A DNA stretch of 64,000 nt, taken from positions 9,512 to 73,511 of IMG/VR virus record IMGVR_UViG_3300016657_000022. One strand, 5' to 3'. A model generated the notes under the pieces. It searched no databases. It was not told the DNA's origin and was given only the letters and a program-made list of their open reading frames with translations. Shown piece after piece: positions 8,222 to 16,244 of the stretch (position 1 is its first letter; each line of letters begins with the position of its first letter). The stretch is from a virus. Lineage: Duplodnaviria; Caudoviricetes. The position numbers and the translations under genes were made by a program.

Positions 8222-9427
8222 TTAGCCTTTCAGGTTGATCCGAGTCCCGAATGGGATCGGGGTTTCCTTGTTGTCGATGGCGACCCAGATGGTCGGCACG
8301 TCAAACGGGAGGGGTTCCATAGGATCACAGTAGAGATCTGAGAAGATCACTGCTGCGGTGGGGCGAAGCTCGATCATCATCTCGCGAACGCACACCAGAC
8401 AGGTGCCACCACGACCGACGACCTTGACCTCCACGAAGTCGTCACCTTCCTTCAGAACGATGATGTTCTGGATTTGGGTGTCGAACTGCACGATGGTCAT
8501 CTTCTTGGGCTTGAGTTCATCCCAGACGTACTTGAGTTCGGAATTGAACCGAACCACCTGTGCGTCAGTGATGCTTCCACTCACGTCCTCGAAGTAGACA
8601 AGGTGATCCAACCTGCCTTCGTCTTCATACCGACTGGGCAGATAGATCATGTCCAGCATACGCCGGTTGGGCCTTGACCATGTGTAATCTTCCTCGATCA
8701 GATCTTGGAAGAAGCGTTGGAACTCCACTTCCCATGGGATCTTCGGCTGAAGGAACTGCTTCAGCACGTACTCGGTCTCACCGGGGATGTCCCCGGCCTG
8801 ACCTGAGAGGCGAGCCTGATGAGCAGCCGATACCACGGATGAGAGCACGTCCTGATTGGTGATCTTCTGCATCCCATCGGGGGAGTCGAGCATGTCGCCC
8901 TCCTCCTCTTCTTCTGGTTCCCCGTCCCACGGGTTGTTGCAGAGCAGCTCATCCAGATCCGATGGCAGCATGGCCATCAGTTTGTCGTAGATGTCCTCTT
9001 CCGAGGCTCGACCGTGATCGTCGAAGCTGTGGTCCATCCATGGGCGGGTGCCCACGAAGGAGTAGCCCTCACGCTGGAGGTCGTTGTTGATGCGGACATC
9101 GCAGGCGAAGTTCCACACCTTGGGATTTCGGCTGCCACACCGGATGATGTGCAGCCGAGCGTTGTGCCATAGCTCGTGGATGAGCACGGTACGCCTGACG
9201 GCGGGATCCAACCGGAGAAACCACTTCGGGTTCCAGTAGAAGGTCACGCCGTCAGTCGCAGCAGTCCGAACGTCCATGCTCCAGACGAACTGAAGATAGG
9301 ACATCAGCGGACCAAAAAACGCTGCACCGGGGTTCATGAACACCTGCGACTTCGTGATGTCCAACAGGCGTGTCATCTCCTGAAGGTTGAAATCGAACTC
9401 AGAAACGGGTTGACGGGTCTTGGACAA
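8222..9427 (-). CDS. metallopeptidase-like/vWA protein (DUF2201-type, N4 gp25-like)
   Basis: TAATDG, HELWH zincin motif, WN.ACD..IN, DVSGSI MIDAS, GRGGT, FSDLY. Confidence 0.85.
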   Translation of the reverse strand: MSKTRQPVSEFDFNLQEMTRLLDITKSQVFMNPGAAFFGPLMSYLQFVWSMDVRTAATDGVTFYWNPKWFLRLDPAVRRTVLIHELWHNARLHIIRCGSRNPKVWNFACDVRINNDLQREGYSFVGTRPWMDHSFDDHGRASEEDIYDKLMAMLPSDLDELLCNNPWDGEPEEEEEGDMLDSPDGMQKITNQDVLSSVVSAAHQARLSGQAGDIPGETEYVLKQFLQPKIPWEVEFQRFFQDLIEEDYTWSRPNRRMLDMIYLPSRYEDEGRLDHLVYFEDVSGSITDAQVVRFNSELKYVWDELKPKKMTIVQFDTQIQNIIVLKEGDDFVEVKVVGRGGTCLVCVREMMIELRPTAAVIFSDLYCDPMEPLPFDVPTIWVAIDNKETPIPFGTRINLKG

Positions 9428-9668
9428 TTGCTCTCTCCCATTGGAGACGGTGCGTGGTCTGGCACACCGTGCAGTAAAGATAGATGGTGATCCCCTCCAC
9501 TTCCAAGTCCCACTTGTGTGGGCCTGAGCATGGATTCCGAATGGGGTGGTTCACACCATCCAGTGCTTTCCGCGTGAGCAGACCGGCTCGTCGGAAGTCG
9601 TCTTCAGTCCACATGATGATGGACTTTTCCGCCAGATCAGGCGGAAATGACGGTTCCGGCTGCTGCAT
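9399..9668 (-). CDS. hypothetical protein
   Basis: 89-aa ORF with C..H...C..C residues, between the AAA and vWA genes. Confidence 0.45.
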   Translation of the reverse strand: MQQPEPSFPPDLAEKSIIMWTEDDFRRAGLLTRKALDGVNHPIRNPCSGPHKWDLEVEGITIYLYCTVCQTTHRLQWERAIVQDPSTRF

Positions 9669-10773
9669 TCGGGTTCAGGTACTTCGAGAGCTGGATCATC
9701 GCCTTGGCGAAGGCCGGGTGCTCCTGAAGTTCCGGGCGCTGGACCAGAGTGCCACGGAAGAAGAGAATGCGGAAGTCCAATGCGAAACGGTTCGCATAGG
9801 TGGCGAAAGCCCCGTAGTTCTTGTCGTCCACCAGCTCCATCAGGTGAGCGATGTTCGCCCACTGCTGGGCGTTTTCGGTGGCGATGGGGCAGTTCTCCGG
9901 GTCGGCGATCACGTCCTTGTAGGACACGAGCTTGTCGAAGCAGGCCGTGAAGTTCACGAAGTCCACTGCCACCCCTGCCGTGATGGTCCCAGCATAGGTG
10001 CTGGTCTCACCCTTGGCGATGGTGCCCTTGGGTTCGTTCTCGACATAGCTGTTCACGAAGTCCCATGTGCGGGGACAGCAGAACGTCTCCTCGTTGTGGT
10101 CGGCCCGGAAGTCGAACAGGCGAGTCGGATAGCGGCTCAGATAGGCCACGACACGCTTGTCCCAGTTCCGTGCAAGGGCCACGTCGAGCATGAACTCGCC
10201 ATGGTCGATGACCAGCTTGAAGTGGGATAGACGGCTCTGCATGGCCGTCGAGAGGTTGTTGGTGATCGCCCGGTCAGTGGACAGGTTGCCTGCTGCACCG
10301 ATGGCCACATGGCCGTGCAGGTGGGCCTGACCGACCATGCGATCCAGCACCAGCTTGTACGCTGCTGCCTGCACGCTCTTCGGGGCCGAGTTGAACTCGT
10401 CCAAGAACAGGAGCCAGCCGATATAGCCTTCCGGCGTCGTCTGCCCTTCGATGGGGAAGATGTCGAACGGGGCGAAGCGAGCACGGCGATTGCCGTCACC
10501 ATCGGTGTAGAACTCAGGCAGGCCGGAAAGATCTTCCGGGGCCGAGGTGCTCAGCCGGTGATCGACTAGCTTGAGGCCCAGCTTCTTGGCAACCTGAGCG
10601 AAGATGCTCGACTTGCCGATGCCGGGGCTGCCCTTGACCATGGGCACCACACCGGCACGAATGGCCTTCTCGATCTTGATGGCAAGCTGCCGGGGTGTGA
10701 CTGTGTAGAGGCTCTCGACCGTGACGCCATCGTCAAGTTGGGTCGGAGCAGGATTGAGGACTGCACCGCTCAT
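9637..10773 (-). CDS. MoxR-like AAA+ ATPase (N4 gp24-like)
   Basis: Walker A GSPGIGKS, Walker B LLFLDEFN, AAGN, sensor CPRTW. Confidence 0.88.
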   Translation of the reverse strand: MSGAVLNPAPTQLDDGVTVESLYTVTPRQLAIKIEKAIRAGVVPMVKGSPGIGKSSIFAQVAKKLGLKLVDHRLSTSAPEDLSGLPEFYTDGDGNRRARFAPFDIFPIEGQTTPEGYIGWLLFLDEFNSAPKSVQAAAYKLVLDRMVGQAHLHGHVAIGAAGNLSTDRAITNNLSTAMQSRLSHFKLVIDHGEFMLDVALARNWDKRVVAYLSRYPTRLFDFRADHNEETFCCPRTWDFVNSYVENEPKGTIAKGETSTYAGTITAGVAVDFVNFTACFDKLVSYKDVIADPENCPIATENAQQWANIAHLMELVDDKNYGAFATYANRFALDFRILFFRGTLVQRPELQEHPAFAKAMIQLSKYLNPNAAAGTVISA

Positions 10774-11201
10774 CGTACTGTTTCCTGTTCGGTACGAGGC
10801 GGGATGTACGCCTCGTAGGGGTTGTCGGCAGGGCAGAGATGCCCAACCGGGGTCATGAGGAACTCGCCGTCCTCGTGGCTCACCAGAGCGAGAATGGAGC
10901 GTTGCTTCATCGTCTTGGCATCCAGCCCGGCCATGAGAGCGACGTTACCGTCGAACATGGCCCGCTTGAGCTGCTCGAACCACTGCTTGTGGTGAGCAGG
11001 CAGCTTGCCGATGGGATCGGGGAGACCGATGCTCTCGGGCACCTGACCGTTGAGGGCATCATTGATCCGACGCCAGATGCCATTGGACATCTCAACGACG
11101 GTGGTGCCATCATCGTCCTTGGTTCCCCGCATCAGCATGTCTGAGCGGATGGCTTCAAGGAGCTGAAGCAGCTCCCTGTTTTCCTTACGGTGATTAGGCA
11201 T
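10770..11201 (-). CDS. hypothetical protein
   Basis: 143-aa ORF, coupled start/stop. Confidence 0.6.
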   Translation of the reverse strand: MPNHRKENRELLQLLEAIRSDMLMRGTKDDDGTTVVEMSNGIWRRINDALNGQVPESIGLPDPIGKLPAHHKQWFEQLKRAMFDGNVALMAGLDAKTMKQRSILALVSHEDGEFLMTPVGHLCPADNPYEAYIPPRTEQETVR

Positions 11202-11539
11202 CAGGCTTTGGCCCTTGTGAGAGGAGCCGGGTTCACACGGCGATCATGGCCGTAGACTAGCTCGTAGAGGTCGAGGATCTTTTCCCAGCGGGCACAATGC
11301 CACTCAAGGAAATCCTGTTTCGGGCCAACGAGGAACTGCTCGTTGATCTCGTTCGTGCTCAGGCGGGTCACGTTGCCGAAGTCGGTGACGACCTCGTAGA
11401 GATACTGATTGGTGTCAGCCAGATAGCTGAGCAGGCTGGGAGCGAACTCCCTGATTTCATTGTTGGGCACGACACGACGAAGGATGGCATTTCCCATCTT
11501 GGTTCCGTCTTTCGTGTAGAGGATGGTTCCGGGTTCCAT
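11201..11539 (-). CDS. hypothetical protein
   Basis: Start moved to MEPGTILYTKDG (RBS GAAAGGA). Confidence 0.6.
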   Translation of the reverse strand: MEPGTILYTKDGTKMGNAILRRVVPNNEIREFAPSLLSYLADTNQYLYEVVTDFGNVTRLSTNEINEQFLVGPKQDFLEWHCARWEKILDLYELVYGHDRRVNPAPLTRAKA

Positions 11540-11618
11540 GATCGGTCCTTTCAAAAGAAAAACCCCACCAACCGAAGTTGATGGGGCTCCCTTCACATGG
11601 GGTTGTGAACGGTGTAGA

Positions 11619-12044
11619 TCAGTCCTTCTTGGACTTCCCCAAAGGCTTTTTGGCCGAGGCCTTGTCAGCCTTTTGGGACTTATTCTCGGGCTTCTCGTGA
11701 TGCTCGGTCGCCTTGCCGTTGACCTCAGCGAGATCGTCCGGTTTGCCTTCCTCACGGATATTCTCGACCGCTTCCTTGACGGTGGGGGTGTAAGCACTCC
11801 CGACCGGCTCGTTGCTGGCCTTGTCCTCGATCACGATGGAGTCGGCATCGTTGATGCCGTAGTCCTCCAGCACCTTGCGGGCATTGGCGACATAGGGATG
11901 ATCGCCCGTCTCGGTCTGAAGCGAGGCGTCATTGATGTCATAGTTGAAGTGACCGATGACCTTGTAGCCATCGACCTCCTGACCATCATTCAGCACGGCA
12001 GCACGACGGAGACCGTCATTCAGTGCGACGTTGAACTTGGGCAT
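11619..12044 (-). CDS. hypothetical protein; N-terminus resembles that of the Ig-domain protein
   Basis: 141 aa, Lys-rich tail; see findings. Confidence 0.65.
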   Translation of the reverse strand: MPKFNVALNDGLRRAAVLNDGQEVDGYKVIGHFNYDINDASLQTETGDHPYVANARKVLEDYGINDADSIVIEDKASNEPVGSAYTPTVKEAVENIREEGKPDDLAEVNGKATEHHEKPENKSQKADKASAKKPLGKSKKD

Positions 12045-12073
12045 TTCAGGTTCCTTCCATGGAAAGTGCCTTG

Positions 12074-12274
12074 TCAGGCATCCACGAAACGCGCCTGTCT
12101 TACTTTGGTTCTAAGATAGAGGTTGACCGTCGCTCGCGACACACCAAGCTCATCTGCGATTTCGAGCTTCGTTGCCCCAGCTTCTTGTAATTTGCGGGCC
12201 TTCTCTCGATTGGCAGTTCGCTTGGCCATGGCTCGGGCGGTTGCGGCGTTATAGCCGGAGTTGCGTTGTCTCAT
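12074..12274 (-). CDS. small HTH DNA-binding protein
   Basis: ATKLEIADELGVSRATVNLYL classic HTH. Confidence 0.7.
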   Translation of the reverse strand: MRQRNSGYNAATARAMAKRTANREKARKLQEAGATKLEIADELGVSRATVNLYLRTKVRQARFVDA

Positions 12275-12428
12275 GGCCGGTCTCCATAGACGGTAGTGGC
12301 CGGAGTAGCATCACCATAAATGGGAGAGGCTCTCCGGTCGCACCGTCAATCCCCGAACCGTCTTTTGGAGTGTTTCAACCCTCTCTTTTAGAGGGCGTTT
12401 CTCTTCCTACTCGAACGTCGTAGGGATC

Positions 12429-12866
12429 TCAAAAGACGCGGACCATCTCGGCAGTGATCGTCCAGAAGTCATGAGACTTCCGGTAGATCTTGCCTTCGTA
12501 GACCCTATCCCGATCACGGATCAGGTGCGTCTGGTTACGGGCAACGTAGCCTGCCCTCACCCACGTATAATCACCCTCGCACTCGTGCGGCATGGTGACG
12601 TAGCAGGCGACAGCATCTTCGTCGTGTGGGTTGGCCGGGTCTGGGATCAGAATGATCGCAGTCCCGGTCTTCTTGACCTTGAGGAAGTCAGCGTATGCCT
12701 GATGCCTCATGCCGACGCAGGACAGGTGATCGGTGGGGCCGACCTGCTCTTTGTGGCTGAAGTCCTTCAGAGCTGACAGCATGGCGGGAGCTTGCATCTG
12801 GCCCTTGAGAATGGCTCGGATGATCTGCTTATCCGTCATGTGTCCCGTTGCCGGGACGGGAACCAA
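12429..12866 (-). CDS. HIRAN-domain protein
   Basis: CVGMRHQ...LIPDPANPHDEDAVAC...AGYVAR. Confidence 0.7.
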   Translation of the reverse strand: MVPVPATGHMTDKQIIRAILKGQMQAPAMLSALKDFSHKEQVGPTDHLSCVGMRHQAYADFLKVKKTGTAIILIPDPANPHDEDAVACYVTMPHECEGDYTWVRAGYVARNQTHLIRDRDRVYEGKIYRKSHDFWTITAEMVRVF

Positions 12867-12913
12867 GGAGTCCCCAACAGGCTCTCCCGTGGGAGCATCT
12901 TGCTCCTGTGGGG

Positions 12914-13510
12914 TCAGCCGAAAGGGTTCTTGTCGCCCATCAGCATCATGAGCATGAGCGGGTTCATGGCACCGGCTGCACCGCCGCCGAGACCGCCTGA
13001 CAGCATGAGCATCGGGAGCATGTCCTCGAAGTTGCCCTTGTCGCCGGTCATCATGCTCATCATCATGAGCTGGCCCATGTCCATGGAGCCACCTTCCGAA
13101 CCGCCGCCGAACAGGTTCGTGAACGACTTGATGATCGTCACGCCCTTCTCGATGCCCATCATGTTGACCTTGGTGGGCAGGAAGCGGGAGCTGTGGCCTT
13201 GCACGTTGAGCGTGCGGAGCGAACCGGACTCGGTGACTTCCTGAATGAAGCCGTATGCCTTCTTCTCGCTGACGAGAATGTCGCCGGTCTTCACCTGCGA
13301 TACAGGCGTCAGCATGGCGAACGCCGGGATGTCCATTCCGAAGAAGTCGAGCGGGTTCTTGCTCAGGCCCTCACCATCGAACGTGACGATGCCGGTGCCG
13401 GTCTTGATCCCGGTCAGGCCGGTCTGGAGGTCGTAGCTCACGTTTTCGATGGGCTGGATCATGGCCGACATTGCGGTGGCCATCTTGCTCTTCATATCCT
13501 TGAACATCAT
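12914..13510 (-). CDS. hypothetical protein, Met/Gly-rich C-terminus
   Basis: 198-aa ORF with RBS AGGAG and strong codon bias. Confidence 0.7.
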   Translation of the reverse strand: MMFKDMKSKMATAMSAMIQPIENVSYDLQTGLTGIKTGTGIVTFDGEGLSKNPLDFFGMDIPAFAMLTPVSQVKTGDILVSEKKAYGFIQEVTESGSLRTLNVQGHSSRFLPTKVNMMGIEKGVTIIKSFTNLFGGGSEGGSMDMGQLMMMSMMTGDKGNFEDMLPMLMLSGGLGGGAAGAMNPLMLMMLMGDKNPFG

Positions 13511-13560
13511 GCTTCTCCTGCGTCATTGATGGGTCGGAATTGACCCAAGGAAAGGGGAAT

Positions 13561-13980
13561 AAACTGAGTGTGCTGCTGGACGCCGTTGTTCCCATTAAGC
13601 CAGTCTCGTCTGACTCACACACCCCATGCCCAGCCGGTCCCTGACGGTTTGCAAGGATCCTTGACCAGACAGGCATGGCCTCGGGTCCGTCGAACGGTTT
13701 CCCTCGGTCTAACTGTAAAGGGTGGCAGGGAACTCTAACCTGCGTCACGTCCTCCCGCTTTTTAGCACGGGACACCCTAGCACGGACAGCTATTATGGGC
13801 CGCTTACGGTTTCGCCCATCGGGTGGTCGCCGTCTGTCCATGTCTCTATTTGGTTCCCCCGCCCAGCTTCTGCCTCGGGGTTCTGGCGCGTAAACACATC
13901 TGGGCTTGCGGCTTCGACAGAGCTTCCCTGTCTAGGCAGTCCTGCATTAACGTCTTAGTCCACCAGCATCACCGAGTTGA
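13561..13980 (-). ncRNA. unidentified large structured RNA (~420 nt)
   Basis: Gene-free interval; 5'/3' closing helix (AACUCGGUGAUGCUGGUGGAC / GUCCAGCAGCACACUCAGUU) and internal helices such as CAUGGACAG/CUGUCCGUG, GCCCAG/CUGGGC, CCAUGCC/GGCAUGG, GCAGG/CCUGC; GNRA loops on the minus strand. Confidence 0.5.
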
Positions 13981-14033
13981 ACTGCGGTGGGATAGCCTCG
14001 GGGAGACGGGAAGAGGACATTACTGATCTGGTA

Positions 14034-14150
14034 TGGCAGCCGTGGATGGACTCGAACCACCGACTATCTGGCCCGTCATCCTTAGTGAAGGCGCCTTCAC
14101 GCACAGGATGCTGCTAGGGTTTCGTGCTCTACCGACTGAGCTACACGGCT
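14034..14150 (-). tRNA. atypical tRNA-like RNA (117 nt): acceptor, D and T arms and CCA intact, anticodon arm replaced by an extended hairpin; no assignable anticodon
   Basis: AGCCGUG/CACGGCU acceptor, U8A9, GCUC-AGUCGGUA-GAGC D arm, GGUGG-UUCGAGU-CCAUC T arm, G73, encoded CCA; 63 nt between D and T arms. Confidence 0.75.
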
Positions 14151-14164
14151 ATACCAATCTCGAT

Positions 14165-14235
14165 CTATATGGCCGGTGGGTTTGAGCTGAGCCTACCCAC
14201 AAGAGCCGTCAAATGCTGGCCTATCGGCCATATAG
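14165..14235 (-). ncRNA. small stem-loop RNA candidate (71 nt)
   Basis: Perfect 11-bp terminal stem CUAUAUGGCCG/CGGCCAUAUAG with internal GUGGGU/ACCCAC hairpin. Confidence 0.35.
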
Positions 14236-14245
14236 AACGAGGAAC

Positions 14246-14258
14246 GCGGCGAAGCCGC
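14246..14258 (-). promoter_or_regulatory. candidate N4-type DNA hairpin promoter (GCGGC-GAA-GCCGC on template strand)
   Basis: GC-GAA-GC triloop as in N4 early promoters, upstream of the ncRNA island; the predicted +1 context is non-canonical. Confidence 0.35.
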
Positions 14259-14302
14259 AACCCAAGAAAAGAACTGACCGGAGATCCATCCTAAGTCAAG
14301 CC

Positions 14303-14335
14303 AAACGGGGAAGGGATCTCTCCCTTCCCCTTGGT
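14303..14335 (-). terminator. intrinsic terminator after Ig-domain gene
   Basis: GGGGAAGGGA-GAU-CCCUUCCCC stem plus GUUUGG. Confidence 0.6.
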
Positions 14336-14347
14336 TCAGCCGCAGGC

Positions 14348-14920
14348 TTACGCCGTGCAGGTGATGTTTTTGGTGGCGGTCTTGGCACCATCCTGCGAGG
14401 TCGCAGTGATGACCGCCGAGCCGTTGGCGACGCGAGTCACCAGACCCGTGCTCGACACCGTGGCAACGGCGAGGTTGCTGCTGGTGTAGGTGACGGTGCC
14501 ATTGCTGGCATTGGCCGGGGTCTTCGTGATGGCGAGCTGCACGGTGGGCGAAGCCACGGTCAGCGTGCTCGTGCCGGTGGGCGTGATGGCAATGCCCGTC
14601 AGCGCCACATAGTCGGTGTCGATATTGAGGGTGATGCCCCCCATATCGGTGATGTTGTCCGGGAACAGGAGTTCACCGGGAACGGCAACACCGTCCGACG
14701 CACGGGTGTGGTAGAGAGCATCACGGACGTGATGCCAGATGACGTGGCTCTCAGCCAACTGACCATCGCCCGGAATGAGCGGGTTGTTGCCGAGAGGATC
14801 GGCCAGCTCGTCATGCTTGAACGTGCCGATCTTGTTGGAACCAGCGGGAAGAGCGTCCCCGTTGGACTGGACAGTCACCACCTTGGTGGTGTTGTTATAG
14901 GCAATCTGATACTCAGCCAT
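14348..14920 (-). CDS. Ig-like (Big_2) domain virion decoration protein (N4 gp17-like position)
   Basis: C-terminal TGIAITP...TVQL...TPANASNGTVTYTSSNLAVATVSSTGLVT..ANGSAVITATSQDG. Confidence 0.8.
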   Translation of the reverse strand: MAEYQIAYNNTTKVVTVQSNGDALPAGSNKIGTFKHDELADPLGNNPLIPGDGQLAESHVIWHHVRDALYHTRASDGVAVPGELLFPDNITDMGGITLNIDTDYVALTGIAITPTGTSTLTVASPTVQLAITKTPANASNGTVTYTSSNLAVATVSSTGLVTRVANGSAVITATSQDGAKTATKNITCTA

Positions 14921-14976
14921 GGCAATCTATCTCTTTCTTGCAAGAAGAGGTGGGCCGAAGCCCACCCCGACTTACA

Positions 14977-15432
14977 TTAAGAGGCTGCTGCCAGCAAGGC
15001 GACCTGCATAAGTGGGCTTTCATCCAGCTTCCCACTCATCACATCATTGATCTTGCCCTTGTCTCCCTGACGGGAGAATACCTCAGCCACGACACGACGG
15101 GCTTCAAGGATCTCAGGCTTTACACCCAGAGCCGGGTATTTCCTGATTGCTTCCTCTTGCCATGTTTTGAGTCTGAGCACCTCTTCTTCCAGCTCAATAA
15201 TACGCTGATTGAGTTTGGTGCCAGCAGACATGCGGAGTTTCTTGGGGACGATGGGCTTACCGTCTCCCGGAAAGTGCTGGCCGCCCTCACGGCGAACCAA
15301 ACCCCGCTTAACAAACACGGATAGGCGGGCAGATGCACTGCCCATATTGATGCCTGTGAGGGTGGCGATTTCTTTGGAAGTGCTGCCCGGCATTGCCCGG
15401 ACAGCTTCCAATATCTGTTCATCATTGGTCAT
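14977..15432 (-). CDS. winged-helix DNA-binding protein
   Basis: TSKEIATLTGINMGSASARLSVFVKRGLVRR. Confidence 0.7.
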   Translation of the reverse strand: MTNDEQILEAVRAMPGSTSKEIATLTGINMGSASARLSVFVKRGLVRREGGQHFPGDGKPIVPKKLRMSAGTKLNQRIIELEEEVLRLKTWQEEAIRKYPALGVKPEILEARRVVAEVFSRQGDKGKINDVMSGKLDESPLMQVALLAAAS

Positions 15433-15442
15433 AGATCGTTCC

Positions 15443-16244
15443 TTATGAAAGGGCGTAGTCCGTGGCCATGATGTCCTGCCAGAGTTCAGGATCCAGCTTA
15501 CCGATTTCCACCTTGCGACCGATGATCTGGGAGATCAGGTCGCTGAGCAGCTCGCTCTTGGCGATCAGCATCAGTTGACGTGCGTACTGGATACGCAGAT
15601 CATTGGCGTAGTTCGGATGGCAACGGAAACAGTCATGCACACTCAGAACCTTGAATGGCTTGTTGGGCAGACTCTCAAGCAGCTCCCAGATGACGGCGGG
15701 ATCGACATGTCCCAGATTATCCGCGTTGAGTACGTCGATGATACGCGCCGACAGATACCCTGTGCGGTTGTAATGGCCCCAGAGAGCCACGACGAGCTTG
15801 TCATTGTCGGTCCCGGTGTTCTGACCGTAGGTTGCTTCACCGTCTGAGAGCAGATCATACAGGGCATTGACCTGTGTGACATTATAGTCACACCGGCGTC
15901 CCATCTCCCGGCAGATCATGCCGTCGATGGAGTGGATGCTGTTCGCACCCAGAGACCTGCCCTCTTCCATCGGCTGGTTCACACGATGGAACACATCGAA
16001 GGGCTGGTTCAGGAAATGCACGGTCTCCTTGATGGAGTCCATGACCTTCACTTTGACGTGGAAGTTGTCGGGTAGCACCCAGTCATGGCTGAGTGCCTCG
16101 TTGTTCCAGAACGTGAGCATGGCCTCGTTGAGTTCCCATGCACCCGGTGCAGCTTCGCCCATGACGCCGTAGAACACGTCGAGCAGGGCACCCTCACCGA
16201 AGATACGCTTGGGCACTGCCTTGCTGGAATACAGGGCCGTCATA
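15443..16244 (-). CDS. RNA polymerase II subunit 2 (N4 gp16-like), exon 2
   Basis: MTALYSS motif B remainder, ANSIHSIDG, motif C VLSVHDCF; spliced to exon 1 gives 408 aa. Confidence 0.9.

Noticed and set aside
13561-13980. Calling the large RNA RNase P or a (two-piece) tmRNA
   Set aside because: No GAGGAAAGUCC core in the right place, no G3-U70 acceptor and no plausible tag ORF; only short word similarities
14113-14124. Reading CUA at nominal positions 34-36 as an amber-suppressor anticodon
   Set aside because: Positions 27-31 (CGAAA) have no complementary strand and position 33 is C, not U, so no anticodon arm forms; no evidence of TAG recoding in the genes
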